A stretch of DNA of 64,000 nucleotides from a virus. Taxonomy: Duplodnaviria > Caudoviricetes. The notes under the pieces were generated by a model. It was not told where the DNA came from. It ran no database searches and worked only from the letters and a program-made list of their open reading frames with translations. Shown here piece by piece: positions 13,101 through 22,896 of the stretch. Position 1 is the stretch's first letter. Every line of letters begins with the position of its first letter. A program made the position numbers and the translations under genes. The stretch is taken from the IMG/VR virus record IMGVR_UViG_3300011008_002712; one strand, written 5' to 3'.

Positions 13101-13614
13101 ATCTCGGCCCCAAATGCAATTTTTTATTATTTTCAATATTATCAAGTTTTATTAAATTCGCATTAATAGAACTAATAGTATCTGACAAAGTTCTCTTTAT
13201 TGACAATATATTAGATTGATTAACAAGAGAATTGATCAATAAATCTATTTCATTATCATCAATAACAGAAATATTTCTTAGTTTTAGCTCTTGATTTTTT
13301 CTTTTTGCTTTATCAAATGATTGTCTTATAATATCAAAGGTTTTTGTAATTTCTTGAGAGATTTTTGTTTTTGTTTCATCTGAAGTTATATTTACAACTA
13401 ACTTAGGAATATCAGAAAGAGATGCATCTGCATCTTGCAGTGCATTAACCATAATTTCATATAATTCTTTTACTTCTTCAGCAGAAACATCTTGAAGTTT
13501 TTGAAGCAATTCGATTTGCGCTTTTTCGCTTTGATCTTTGAATTCTGTTATTTTATTTTCTAATTTTCGTTTTGCTTCGTTTATTTCTTTCTGATAATCA
13601 TTTTTTGATTTCAC
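7117..13614 (-). CDS. Tape-measure-like protein B (2165 aa) with SLT followed by C39-like peptidase
   Basis: AAVIKNESGF...SSAGAYGLMQLMPETA...AAYNWG (SLT); QSACGPTALAMAL...GHFITYAG...VHDPN (C39-like); shares GGQYNSNPE core and KEQIENADA C-terminal motif with TMP C; GTG start. Confidence 0.8.
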   Translation of the reverse strand: MKSKNDYQKEINEAKRKLENKITEFKDQSEKAQIELLQKLQDVSAEEVKELYEIMVNALQDADASLSDIPKLVVNITSDETKTKISQEITKTFDIIRQSFDKAKRKNQELKLRNISVIDDNEIDLLINSLVNQSNILSIKRTLSDTISSINANLIKLDNIENNKKLHLGPRFGSYNVTSHPRDKNKFDVNGLIESLNAYKSDLEKIKKDTANPKVILDEDLLSPTRKVLNSVESINDGIKKIQQKVSLFNSDQRNEIDLVDYLKGLHDLVYNVKSQINHSLRNINNPQLRSNFNNTINAIDETLAYNYKNLLSYIKDYANYDQLPNVLQDQLNVFNDNASRIFELSYENIEKTVRLIDSINTNDELEQDYISNDLDLQNKQIKSKLYETLKDNNGNIISFGEQKFFDQPLVNEIPDQIKKMALLPDSTDRIVQELQNDRFSNNSIADIARQHLFGFGNRELFYQKNRNYQHMMHQAQKTLKDGLDVYHKSLNTKDDNLAEQSLNNVGNILSQVAKEQISMINSLNMSKGMFFDLSKSDVVVVEEYTKNVEQLVENYNILIDALEKIDPESSILKKFKNERKELYNSREKMKNVKEISVSFSKAIKDVFNSSKNALLFFAGSTAMMFGGSTILDFLNPFKAIAKSIDKMNQQGELRASIAKTDIAHGANINLDRENDLSFYSAQDLYEKSFGMIDFPEITRTYVSLFNYVGGQYNSNPEQAAKDMQYFAKEFTQMKEIYGMSDSTLLTNIKVFYKDLGMSAEDTVKHFKSMEITAIQNNVSVESFSKIVTPLASTYRNLGFSEVRAHNIITSLLKDRNMLIEDALSLSQNVGKAVSGWNMGKQSNWSKNIFFDMFSGEGNVFSAFKDGLISTDRFGKVNDKYYDVMFDRMWAQINLYGGIDTSIGQFTFAKGLKENGFSEKDISMSLYMAQEGRLDELKDKLKGIAQNKNVTTSEVTRDYTNSIEKSANQLAETHKMESTYASHINNIAFILHNAFAGSIRSFVQWIEKEVKLFVDKFSQLFSWFGDTKIGRSMIDFAKQHPILSSIGLYTTGKLAMLGGGKLLRLLISLPSRLITSAPKASERGLIAGIVNAFEGISSTKKAAIIASILAGTITLGDAINDYSKRSDKDSVVDFLSFLASGDAKVKMVKKPKTEEDSMFVTLLTTAVLATVGLSFLKRGKIPTNMNTMSNSSLTRWQKIKSFFTNRQTHSGLPPLPQPGAKMSSAQRRLIYQNRRQYMQQLEQQRIAKEQAMQQARLGGTSWGGAAKTLGRNAIWGAGFELAESIATGEDFSMKDVAVNTAKMTVGELVGSTLLGGITSAVASRVGIRNPAAATNMARNIGGFLGIAAINIPFMNNSMFSQAEASETPQQYDLHHDQYNYLLEQQNIIAQNKSSETKNIDENEGKNFIDKYTGINNRKFEVVLAKESTFAQTKSFADAAMKLGLSNREFESIVAMSLLNHNIEWQKLNDDQKGYWFKKYQEYLKIYGDNQFAIMQASKDLSKNPTGDSNLIKKQISEQLKKEWDNDDNVKGSWFQRMSQDERYNEATRNKYEFISNYYYHSQENANDENSYWFKQANVYHAQAEEDNLNQYIKSLWNSWHGKEKKSNDLSGVTADELKAMAKYYAEQNVLLAEHEYMVVKGQERWKEEEEKLKNFNSSGNLAGLETNALSGDALEIAKNEHPEIYKLIIKYSNMYNVDPRLVAAVIKNESGFVHDRGSSAGAYGLMQLMPETAEYLGVDRMDMEQNVMGGTKYLAQNIQQYNGDILSVLAAYNWGSGNLSKTNFSSTHDMSVLPQETRNYINNILSSIGGEKQTYSLPSSQSSSVELANQVDPSGNQIRYTKLADGTLVPLYGQYWDGGTYDTLNGTGNSMGQSACGPTALAMALSNMTGRYITPRDVADWSTKQGFHEGFGMSHEAFAAAKYQYGVGFHKGTKEEALRALKNNIPVVVGASAGSYFTQNGHFITYAGLRSDGSVIVHDPNDTYTQSRVNETISDSELWRDDFDYWIPDETKKGATQFGGATPELNTQQIVSSKTAKEQIENADAIMKRMAQSKGRGVIASGALVDDMYVDPNKKVVTLDEQRKKIREKYGIYDTKDTDADKQLKKDLRAQIDMEFDKIDEIREAIKLNPELIPKKHFKEAIEIIKNIAEKYMNNVEISADCVIN

Positions 13615-13650
13615 AAAAATCTCTCCCAGTTTTATTCTTTATAAAAAAAT

Positions 13651-13680
13651 AAAAAGAGAGTAATTGATTAACTCTCTTTT
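13651..13680 (-). terminator. Terminator-like hairpin between TMP A and TMP B
   Basis: AAAAGAGAGT/ACTCTCTTTT inverted repeat with flanking T-runs. Confidence 0.55.
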
Positions 13681-16600
13681 AAGGATTTACTGCCGCATGA
13701 TGTGACATTCTTACATATTGAGCTTGCTCGCCCTCTTTCAAACGAGTTGTTTCATCTATGCTATGACCCATTCTTGTCATTGCTTGAATAACCCACTGTT
13801 TTGTGACACCGCCACCAATTACATTCATAGCAATACTTACACTATGCTTTTCATCTAAATCATTTTGAAAATCTTCTTCTAATCTTTCATTTGTTGGTGT
13901 TTCATATCGTCTAACACTTTCTTGCAGCCATGCATCACTATCTAGAACAGCTTTGTCAGAATTTTCTAAATCGGATATTTTGTCTTGATTATATGTTATT
14001 TTACCCCAAGATTCCTTATGATCTTTTCTGAATTTATTTTCCATATTTTCTATCATCTTGGCGCCGCTTGTATCAAATTGCTCAAATTGTTTTTTATCTT
14101 TGTTCCAAGAAAAATATCCTTGTGTATTAAATCCATATAAACTTGATTCTTGTGCTCCAGATGATAAATTTAAACGATTTTTTACGCCTGTTGGAGTCAT
14201 ATATACATCTCTATCTCTAAAAGAAGCTGTTGTTCCGTCTAATATTAAACGACCAGTTGCAAATTTATCTCTATAGTTAGTCATTGCCCCAACTTCTTTG
14301 GACATCCTATCTGTTATGCTTTTTTTCGCAGCATCTACAGTGCCTGCCAAATCAGTATTAAAATCATCATTTGTATTTTTATTACTTGAAGCTCCGGATA
14401 AAGCATCTACGTCTGGAGCTGATGCACCTGGTGTACCAAAACCTCCAAAATTTGTTCCAGCATTAGGACCTTCCCATTGTTCTCCAGCAGCAGATATATC
14501 AAAATGGTCGCCTTCCCAATTCATTCCAAGTCCAAGACTATTGCCATATTTTATAAACTCTTGACCAAGCGAACCCATCGTTCCATCAGCATTTACAAGA
14601 TAACCTCCTTGCAAACCTTCTGGCCCATACCAATCGTTAACATCGACCTTCCATCCAGCGTCATGACCAGTTGGAGAACCATTACTTGAATGATCACCAT
14701 CTGTTCCAGCTGTAATGACAAGTTTATGTCCGGTTTTATCAGCAAACCATTTTCCTAATGCATCCATAGCACTAAGAGTTTGCTGCTGCATGCCTTCAGT
14801 TGATACGCTACTACGTTGTCTTACCCAATATTTATTTTCGCCAGAACCAGGAATAGATAAATCAAAATTATTTGCCTGCATTTGAGAAACATTTTTTGCT
14901 GTTCTGTTTATTCCATCAGAACGATCTTGATTGTCGCTTTCAGCATTATTCCCTTCTTCTTTTAAAATTGATTGTGGATATTTTTCGCTTGCATGCAAAC
15001 CAGCGAATTCTGTTGTTGATTCAACCAAAGAATTAATATCTGATTTAGAACCATCAAAATACATTGGGCTAAAATAGTCATCAATAAATTGACTTTGTTT
15101 TGTACCAAATTCTAATCTTTGTTTATACTCTCCCATGTCAACAGTAGACGACATGTCATTAACGAATTTTTCTTTTTCAGCATTTGTAAATCTATCAGTT
15201 GTACCAAATGAAGCTATTCTCTTCCACATATTGTCTATTTGAGAATCTGTTACTTGATTACCCTGACTGTCACTAACAAAAGTTGAACGCATCCAATCGG
15301 TAAATTTTTCTTTACCACTTGATAATTCTTTATAATCGCCTTTTTTTATTTTTTCCCAATCTATTCCGCTACTATTCAGTCCAAAACTTAATGCTTCTTT
15401 AGCATATTGTTTTGCTGTTCTATCTTGATTTCCAAATCCTTCCATACTTTCATCTGTAGACTGCAAAGCTACTCGATAATATCGTAAATTATCTTTAATG
15501 TTAGTGGCGTCTTTAAATCCTTCTTGCAATGCTTTCAATCTTCTTTGAGGATCATCATATGTTTCTTCCCACTCTTTTTTATGCATTTGTGCAGTATGTT
15601 CAGCAGAAAGATATGCAGCAGAAATATCACTATAATTTAACTGTTTCAACTGATTAAACAAATCATCCATATATCTTTGCTGATCTTTCGTTAGATTCTC
15701 CATTTTAACGCCATGAGCTTCTAAATTATCTTTTGCCGCGCGGGCACGATTATCATTACTATTTATCAAACTGTTAGTATCTTTTGTATATTTTCCAGAA
15801 GCCCATTTAGACGCATCAAGATATTTATCTCCCATCATTCTGCCGTCTTCGTCAGATATTTTAAATATTTTTTTAAGCCGATCTCCTGCAAGTCCTCCAA
15901 GATATCCACCAGCAGCAGCTCCTACAAATGTGCCAACTGGTCCAACAAGACTTCCAACGGCTCCACCTACTAACATTCCAGCTGTTTGAGATGCAGCAGA
16001 TATGCCAAATCTTCCAATTCTTTCTTTTGTTGTAAACTTATCCGGATTTTCATAATAATCCATTAATTCTGTAGCTCCAGCAGATAAAACTCCAAGTGCT
16101 GCAGTTGTTTTTCCACTTGCTTTTAAAAAGTCTTTTGCATTTGCAAGTCTTCCAGAAGATGCATATTGCCGAGCATTCGTTTCAGCTTGAACAGCAGATG
16201 AACTACTTGTTGTCTGAGGATTATATCTTTGTCCATTAGAAGTAGGTATTACTGGAGGGATATTAGCATTTGACATTCGTCTATTAGCATATAATCCAGC
16301 TAAGCCAACAGCTCCAGTTCCAAGCAACATTGCTGTTGCATAACCTGGCATTCCGTTATGTTCAGACAATAATCTCGCTTCATCTCTTTGCCTTATAGCT
16401 TCAAAATCTTGTTCTGAAGCTATAGCAACATTCGATTCAATTTTATCATCTTGATCTTTTATTTTTTGATGAGTTTCATTATATGTTTTTTGATATTCAT
16501 CTATTATTTGTTGTTCTTCTGCGCTTATTTGTCCGTCTAAAATTTCATTTGTTTGTTCATCATTTGCTATTTGGTTATCTGTATTTTGATCTTGACGTGT

Positions 16601-19600
16601 TGCTTGTTCTTGAATAAAACTTGTTTGTGCACTTTTTTCAGCTTTTTTATTATTATTTGATTCATTTGGAACTAGCTGTGCTTTAAAATCTCCAGATGTA
16701 AATATATTATAAAGTCCAGTAAAAAGTCCAGAAACAGTATCTGATATATCGGAAAAAGTTTGTGTTTTGGAAAAAGCAATGCCTCCTCCTAAAACAGCTC
16801 CAGCTCCAAGAAGTTTTCCCCATCCAGGTATTGAATTAACAACTTTTGCTCCAGTGCTAAGTTTAGATGGATCTTTAAATATGCTATACTTTGTCAATTC
16901 TCCTAAAATTTTAACACCTTTTACTCCCGCACCAGCGGCTGCTAATCCTCCCAATCCAGCTAATGCAAGTCCTCCTGGAGACATATCTCCTAAAAAGTTA
17001 CCAATTGCTTGCCCAGTACTAGAAGAAGAAAATTTCTTTAATTCTTTTATTAGTAATTCTACAGAAGAAACAAATCCAGTTAGTAGATCGTCAAATCCTT
17101 TTCTTAAGTTACTAAGAGGTTCTTGCAAATCACTATGAATTACTTCGCCAAGATGTTTTTCAGCCAATGCTACAGAAGTTTGTGCTTTAGTTATTTCAGA
17201 AACTTGATTTCCAGAAGCTTCAATCTTTTGTCTAGCTTCTGACATAGCATTTTTAAGTCCTTCTTCACTGTTTTCTTTCTCTTCATCAGCTTCTTTCAAT
17301 AAATCCTCAAATAGCTGCATATCATTATTAAGATAAGCATCTCCAAGCATTGAAACCGATCTTTGAGAATACCCACGTTTAGATAAAGTGTCCATTAATA
17401 ACGAAGCACCAAGATAAGAACCTGGACCTCCTCCAATGCCACCCATCATTCCAGCTTCAAAAAACAGTCTTTGCGCCATAGTGGAATAATATTCTTGATT
17501 TATATTTCCATCGCTTCTTACTGGCATCATTCCAGAGACTATATTACCAAAAATATCTCCACCTTGACCAGCCATAATGCCATAAAATCCAGATGCACCC
17601 CAATCATTAAATCCCATGTTTCTTCCAGCATGAGCAGTATCTGTTAATAGTTGTGAAGCATCTTCTATACGCATTCCTCTTCCAGTCAAATCACGTATAA
17701 ATTGTTGAATTTTTTCTCCTTCAACACCATATTCACGTAAACTTGACATCATGCTAGTCATATTGTTTATATATTGACTAACTGGGATACCTGCAGCTTG
17801 AGCTGAACGAGCCATTTGGACTAACGCATAACTTGCTTGGTCTGCCGAGTGTCCCAAATCTTTATAATATGTTTTCATGAAAGATGAAACATCATTTTCA
17901 TTCAAACCATACATCTGAGCTATACCAAAAGTGTTGGTAGTTATTTTGTCCATGTCTGCACGAGACTGACTTGGATCCATGCCATAATGTCCACCAACAT
18001 TTCTTCTCATTGCTATAGCATAATTTTTGACTTGATCCCAACCAATTTGTCCTTGTGACAATTTATAGTATTCATCTGCCATAGTATCAACGTAAAAATT
18101 ATTTCTACTTTCGTTAATACTATTACCGATAGCAAAATCACTTTTTGCTAATTCATATCTATAAATTCCAGAACGTTTTTCTGCTTCAAAGCCTCCGCCG
18201 ACAATTTGTAAAAGATTTCCAAGAGTAGGCGCTAGCATTCCTAATCCCATTAAGCCCATGCCGCCAACAAACAATCCATGTGCTTTTTTAACGCCAGACA
18301 CGGCTCCGCTCAAAACATCTTTTACATCAAAAGAATCATCTTTTATGTCTTTAATACTATTTGCAGTAGATGATAATTCGTTATTTATGTTTTTTAGCGT
18401 TTGAAGAGATTCATGTTGCGGATCGATAGCCTCAATAGCAGAAATTGCATCTCGCAAACTAGCAGCAGCATTATCAGATGATTTAAGAAATGAATCTAAT
18501 GTTCCTTTATCATTTTCATTTAATAATTTATACTGCCCACGATGCAAATTAATATTTTTTAATCCTTCTAAATGAGCTTTAGCATTAGCTTCAACAGAAT
18601 CAGCCAATGAACGTAATGTTTTTTTAGTATGTTCGCTATCTCCAGCAGCTCTAAATGCATCTAATTGTGTTTGTACTTTGGATAATTGCTCACCAGCTAC
18701 AAAATTAGTTCTTTGAGCATTTCTAACATTTCCCTTAAATAATTCTCTATTATTTAAAAAATTTCCTGGCAAATATCTATATAGCCCTGGAATTGAAACT
18801 CGACTCATTTCTAATTCTGCAGATGTCATATGACGCATAACATTTGCTAAATCATTTTGTGAAGCATTAACTCCGCCAATAGATGTTTTGGTAAACATGT
18901 TAGATATATCAAGATTAACTTGATTATATTCTTCTGTCCCGGCTATACTTGCATTTTTTATTTTTTGCTCATTTTGTTGATTTGCTTTTTCTATTAATCC
19001 AGAAAGTTCTTTTCTAAAATTATCTAATGTTAAATTTACAATTTCATTAAATTTTACGTTTTCATTTTTAATAGAAGTAACTATTCTAGATATTTGTTCG
19101 AAATTTCCGCTTTCACTCAACAATTTAGCAAATGTCAACGATATATTTGATTGAGATTCATTTATTGATTCTGCAAATTTTTGAATCTCTGTCAATGTTG
19201 ACATATAAATATCTAAATTATTATCTTTATCGTCAATATTATTTAATTCATTAATAATTTGAATTAATTGCGAAGAAGCAAATGACAAACCTTTAACATT
19301 ATCTGGATCTAATAATTCATCTATTGATTGAACGTCATGTGATTGAACAGCTGATGATAATTGATTAATGACATCGCTTACATTTGCGGCTACATATCCA
19401 CCAACATTTTTAAAAAAATTTTTTGCTATTTCATCTACATTTTCAAATGTTTTTGCTGATTCTTGGTATTGTTCTCTCAACAAACGAATCATATCAGCAT
19501 TTTGCTGAGCCATTTGTTGCATATTCTGTGCATCAGATGCAATAGCTTCTGCACTATCTGCAGATGTTTGAGCTATGTTTTCTGCTGCCTGACCAAAAGT

Positions 19601-20425
19601 TTGTCCAGATCGAGCAACTCGTTCCATAGCATCAGATGCTATATTCATTACATCAACTAATTGATTAATAATACTAACATCAAAAAATTGAGTAGAAATG
19701 TTTCCTAGCGTACTTATTTTATTTACGACATCTACTACTTTTGTTTTGACAGTATCAATTTGAGATGTATCTATATTTTGTTCTAATAAATGATTTATTT
19801 GATCACTTAAAACACCAGTAATGTCAAAACTTTGAATAGCATTTTTTAATTCGTTTTGAGCATTTTGAAATTCTCTACTTATAGCATTCACATCAATAAG
19901 ATGAACTTCTGCGTTATTCATCTTATCATATACTTCTCTTAATTGGTTTGTTTTTTCTCTAATAATTTGAAAATTATTAGCTAGATCACTGCTAACCTGT
20001 CCTCCTGCAGCTTTGATCTCTGCGATTTTTTGAGCTATATTATCAATTCCATCTGAAGCTTCGCGTGAAATAGCAGTGAAAGACTCATGAAGTCTACGTA
20101 TCTTATCTTGAGAATCTGTAATGTCTATAGAAAGAGAATTGCCTAAAGAATCTTTTTGATTAGGAGTAACTATTCTTCTAGTATTATCTTCTGTAACAAC
20201 TCTTCCAGTATCTCCAGAACCAGGTGTAACAAAACCAGTATTCTCAATACGACCAATATTAAGAGCTTCACGTAATGAACTATTCAACTTATTGGTATCT
20301 GTTATTAAATCTCTATTCAATTTCTCTTGTTCTCGAGACATTGTATATTGATTCATATTGTCGCCAAAAATATTATTATAAGTTACCTTTTTATTATCAT
20401 CTAAATTATCAAATCCTGTAGCCAC
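13679..20425 (-). CDS. Tape-measure-like protein A (2248 aa) with putative M15/LAS-type Zn peptidase domain
   Basis: Coiled-coil N-terminus; core GGHYGMDPSQ...YYKDLG shared with TMP B and C; C-terminal LVITAGTDGDH...GHDAGWKVD...EGDHFD resembles the H-x6-D...H pattern of LAS peptidases; GTG start. Confidence 0.7.
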   Translation of the reverse strand: MATGFDNLDDNKKVTYNNIFGDNMNQYTMSREQEKLNRDLITDTNKLNSSLREALNIGRIENTGFVTPGSGDTGRVVTEDNTRRIVTPNQKDSLGNSLSIDITDSQDKIRRLHESFTAISREASDGIDNIAQKIAEIKAAGGQVSSDLANNFQIIREKTNQLREVYDKMNNAEVHLIDVNAISREFQNAQNELKNAIQSFDITGVLSDQINHLLEQNIDTSQIDTVKTKVVDVVNKISTLGNISTQFFDVSIINQLVDVMNIASDAMERVARSGQTFGQAAENIAQTSADSAEAIASDAQNMQQMAQQNADMIRLLREQYQESAKTFENVDEIAKNFFKNVGGYVAANVSDVINQLSSAVQSHDVQSIDELLDPDNVKGLSFASSQLIQIINELNNIDDKDNNLDIYMSTLTEIQKFAESINESQSNISLTFAKLLSESGNFEQISRIVTSIKNENVKFNEIVNLTLDNFRKELSGLIEKANQQNEQKIKNASIAGTEEYNQVNLDISNMFTKTSIGGVNASQNDLANVMRHMTSAELEMSRVSIPGLYRYLPGNFLNNRELFKGNVRNAQRTNFVAGEQLSKVQTQLDAFRAAGDSEHTKKTLRSLADSVEANAKAHLEGLKNINLHRGQYKLLNENDKGTLDSFLKSSDNAAASLRDAISAIEAIDPQHESLQTLKNINNELSSTANSIKDIKDDSFDVKDVLSGAVSGVKKAHGLFVGGMGLMGLGMLAPTLGNLLQIVGGGFEAEKRSGIYRYELAKSDFAIGNSINESRNNFYVDTMADEYYKLSQGQIGWDQVKNYAIAMRRNVGGHYGMDPSQSRADMDKITTNTFGIAQMYGLNENDVSSFMKTYYKDLGHSADQASYALVQMARSAQAAGIPVSQYINNMTSMMSSLREYGVEGEKIQQFIRDLTGRGMRIEDASQLLTDTAHAGRNMGFNDWGASGFYGIMAGQGGDIFGNIVSGMMPVRSDGNINQEYYSTMAQRLFFEAGMMGGIGGGPGSYLGASLLMDTLSKRGYSQRSVSMLGDAYLNNDMQLFEDLLKEADEEKENSEEGLKNAMSEARQKIEASGNQVSEITKAQTSVALAEKHLGEVIHSDLQEPLSNLRKGFDDLLTGFVSSVELLIKELKKFSSSSTGQAIGNFLGDMSPGGLALAGLGGLAAAGAGVKGVKILGELTKYSIFKDPSKLSTGAKVVNSIPGWGKLLGAGAVLGGGIAFSKTQTFSDISDTVSGLFTGLYNIFTSGDFKAQLVPNESNNNKKAEKSAQTSFIQEQATRQDQNTDNQIANDEQTNEILDGQISAEEQQIIDEYQKTYNETHQKIKDQDDKIESNVAIASEQDFEAIRQRDEARLLSEHNGMPGYATAMLLGTGAVGLAGLYANRRMSNANIPPVIPTSNGQRYNPQTTSSSSAVQAETNARQYASSGRLANAKDFLKASGKTTAALGVLSAGATELMDYYENPDKFTTKERIGRFGISAASQTAGMLVGGAVGSLVGPVGTFVGAAAGGYLGGLAGDRLKKIFKISDEDGRMMGDKYLDASKWASGKYTKDTNSLINSNDNRARAAKDNLEAHGVKMENLTKDQQRYMDDLFNQLKQLNYSDISAAYLSAEHTAQMHKKEWEETYDDPQRRLKALQEGFKDATNIKDNLRYYRVALQSTDESMEGFGNQDRTAKQYAKEALSFGLNSSGIDWEKIKKGDYKELSSGKEKFTDWMRSTFVSDSQGNQVTDSQIDNMWKRIASFGTTDRFTNAEKEKFVNDMSSTVDMGEYKQRLEFGTKQSQFIDDYFSPMYFDGSKSDINSLVESTTEFAGLHASEKYPQSILKEEGNNAESDNQDRSDGINRTAKNVSQMQANNFDLSIPGSGENKYWVRQRSSVSTEGMQQQTLSAMDALGKWFADKTGHKLVITAGTDGDHSSNGSPTGHDAGWKVDVNDWYGPEGLQGGYLVNADGTMGSLGQEFIKYGNSLGLGMNWEGDHFDISAAGEQWEGPNAGTNFGGFGTPGASAPDVDALSGASSNKNTNDDFNTDLAGTVDAAKKSITDRMSKEVGAMTNYRDKFATGRLILDGTTASFRDRDVYMTPTGVKNRLNLSSGAQESSLYGFNTQGYFSWNKDKKQFEQFDTSGAKMIENMENKFRKDHKESWGKITYNQDKISDLENSDKAVLDSDAWLQESVRRYETPTNERLEEDFQNDLDEKHSVSIAMNVIGGGVTKQWVIQAMTRMGHSIDETTRLKEGEQAQYVRMSHHAAVNP

Positions 20426-20443
20426 TTATATTCACCTCCTTAT

Positions 20444-21385
20444 TCAATCAACTGGAAATATTAAATCTAAATTATCTGGGTTTGGATCTAATTTTTCTTG
20501 TTGCTGTTGTTCTTGTTTTTTATGTTTCAATATGTTTTGTTTGTTTTGTTCTTGAACATATTCTTGATTACCCATAACTCGCTTAAAGAAGTCTTCTGGA
20601 CGTTCACTAGCATTTCCTTTTTCATGACTACTTGGTAGTTCTGTAAATTCTTCATTAGAATTTTGCATCATATATTGCAATTTTTTATCAAAATCATCAT
20701 CTGTTGTTGTATCGCCATATGTTATTTGCGTATTTCCGTATGTTTCTGTATGTGCACCATCGCCAATGCCACTGGACTTCAGACGATCTTGTTCTCTAAT
20801 ATGTTTCCAAAGTTCTGGATTAATAAACATACATAAATAATCTCTTTTTGCTTTTTCTAGCTCTTCTTCCTCGTTTATTGTTTCTTTCATATTATACCAA
20901 TACCATAGCCATTGGTAGTCATTCATATCTTTCACTCTTTGTTCTGTTGGAAGAGCTTTTACTTCTTGCATAACTAAAAATTTGATTCTATCAAAACTTG
21001 GTTTCGCAAAACTTTTAATAATATCTTCATGAGAAAGCGCTTCATTTTGAAGTTTTTCTAATTTGTGATATTCTTCATATATTTCATCAAATACTACTGA
21101 CGATAAATTATCAAATAGAACATCCTTTTTTTCTTCTGGTATTTCCGTGCCATTTATTGATAAAAGTGCCTTTTTCATAATAAGACTTTCATATTTTTTT
21201 TGTCTTGTATGTTCATCATCATAAGTGCATGTTATAAAGTCTACTATGTCATCATGTTCTTTGGGAGATAACGTACGAAACAACCAAGTTTTTTGAAATT
21301 TTTCAAACTCCTTGGTTGCATATCCTTGATATATAAATTGTCTTATTAATTCTTTCATCGTTTCATTATTTTGCACTTTTATCAA
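20444..21385 (-). CDS. Tail assembly chaperone (long form)
   Basis: Directly upstream of the first TMP; N-terminal half paralogous to 6681-7049; LPTEQRVKDMNDYQWLWYW segment. Confidence 0.6.
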   Translation of the reverse strand: MIKVQNNETMKELIRQFIYQGYATKEFEKFQKTWLFRTLSPKEHDDIVDFITCTYDDEHTRQKKYESLIMKKALLSINGTEIPEEKKDVLFDNLSSVVFDEIYEEYHKLEKLQNEALSHEDIIKSFAKPSFDRIKFLVMQEVKALPTEQRVKDMNDYQWLWYWYNMKETINEEEELEKAKRDYLCMFINPELWKHIREQDRLKSSGIGDGAHTETYGNTQITYGDTTTDDDFDKKLQYMMQNSNEEFTELPSSHEKGNASERPEDFFKRVMGNQEYVQEQNKQNILKHKKQEQQQQEKLDPNPDNLDLIFPVD

Positions 21386-21465
21386 TCACCTTTACAATTT
21401 AGTTTTTCTAAAAAATAAATACTAATTAAACGATGAAAAAGTTTGTTATATAAAAAAGAGTAGTT

Positions 21466-21924
21466 TTATACTACTCTTTTTAAACGATTAAATGCAATTC
21501 TTGTAACGGTGTGATCAAACATATCTGACACGGTATAAATTTTCTTATATCCTCTAGCTTTTAATGCTTGAATCACATCGTCTATATCTGCTGAAAGAAG
21601 ATTTAATTCTATGACAGCCACATCTTTTGTAACATGACCCCATGCTAATTCATAATTTGGGAGTCTTTCAAACCTACATTCCAAAATGTTCTTACGTTCT
21701 TCTTCATTATCAGTCATTTGTTTGACACAATCGCCATGCCCGTTGCCAAAATAAATTTCTTTATCCTTATATGCAAATGCTTTTTCTCGCCCATTTTCTA
21801 CATTTTCATCTTCAAAATCTATTTCGTCCCCAATGTCATCTTCTAAAATAACTAAGTCTTCAATTGAAGTTACTTCATAACCGTCTCCAATGTCATTTAA
21901 ATGAATTTCACTATTTTTTTTCAT
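21466..21924 (-). CDS. Hypothetical acidic protein
   Basis: 152-aa ORF with GAGG RBS. Confidence 0.6.
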   Translation of the reverse strand: MKKNSEIHLNDIGDGYEVTSIEDLVILEDDIGDEIDFEDENVENGREKAFAYKDKEIYFGNGHGDCVKQMTDNEEERKNILECRFERLPNYELAWGHVTKDVAVIELNLLSADIDDVIQALKARGYKKIYTVSDMFDHTVTRIAFNRLKRVV

Positions 21925-21984
21925 TTATAAAACCTCATTAATTAAAGAAACTCATCTTTCTATCTAAAGAATAAATCCTACATT

Positions 21985-22896
21985 TCAAAATATGTTTTTA
22001 ATTTCATTATTTTCGTTTAATTTAACTACATTATCATCAGAACAAATTTGATGTTTTATCAAATCTATAAAAACAATGCGACTATCAAAAGTTTTACATA
22101 ATTCAATAAGAGGTTTTATGTCAGGAAAAACATTATCTCTTGAATCTAAAATGTGAATTACTTTCCAATGCTCTGAAAGCAAATCATCTCTGACAGAATC
22201 ATTGGAATTATGAAAATCATTCCAAAAATTATGTCCTCCGCCATCATATTCTATAGCAAGTTTCTCATCAGGCAAAGCGATATCTACAAATTTGTTATTG
22301 AATTCATAATTCAAAACTCCGTCTAATGTCTCACAAATTTCAACTTGACGTTTAGATGCAAGAACTTTCTTACAACCTTTTTTACATTTTGCATTTAAAT
22401 AATTGTTTAATAAAGTATTAACCATTTTCGAATGTATCTCTGATGAAAGATCGTAGCGATAACCGCCAGCGTTTCCATGCTTTTGAATGTTAGTTATTTT
22501 TCTTTTGTTTATAAATTCATCATGAATCTCAGAGTTTTTCCCATAACGATTTTTAAATGCGCTAGCACCTTTTTGTTTAATTTCAGGAATTTGATTAACA
22601 TTTTCGACGCCATACTTATCTAAATTCAATTCTTTTCTTAGTTGATTTTTGCATTCTTTTTGGTTGCACGAATGTTTATCATGACTATTTACTCTATTAA
22701 AACTGCGCTCGAAAATCTTCCCACAGTAATCACATTTGCATTGCACCTTATAACGGCTATTTTTATTTAAATCATTTAATGAAACATAGAAAACATCATC
22801 ATATTGAGTGAATTCATATCCCAAATTCATAAATCTCTTTTTGTTAGTTTTATTCCAAATGACTTTAACCTTATCACTAATTATCAAGCAAATCAC
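21985..22896 (-). CDS. Homing-endonuclease-like protein (Zn ribbon plus PD-(D/E)XK/DUF559-like nuclease)
   Basis: CKCDYCGK and HSC..C Zn motifs; KYGVENV repeat; VDIALPDEKLAIEYDGGGH nuclease motif. Confidence 0.65.
   Translation of the reverse strand: MICLIISDKVKVIWNKTNKKRFMNLGYEFTQYDDVFYVSLNDLNKNSRYKVQCKCDYCGKIFERSFNRVNSHDKHSCNQKECKNQLRKELNLDKYGVENVNQIPEIKQKGASAFKNRYGKNSEIHDEFINKRKITNIQKHGNAGGYRYDLSSEIHSKMVNTLLNNYLNAKCKKGCKKVLASKRQVEICETLDGVLNYEFNNKFVDIALPDEKLAIEYDGGGHNFWNDFHNSNDSVRDDLLSEHWKVIHILDSRDNVFPDIKPLIELCKTFDSRIVFIDLIKHQICSDDNVVKLNENNEIKNIF

Noticed and set aside
151-19660. Plus-strand ORFs antisense to the TMP genes (e.g. 3495-4319), and similar shadow ORFs over the sheath and tnpB genes
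   Set aside because: They are antisense shadows of long coding genes, without recognisable motifs.
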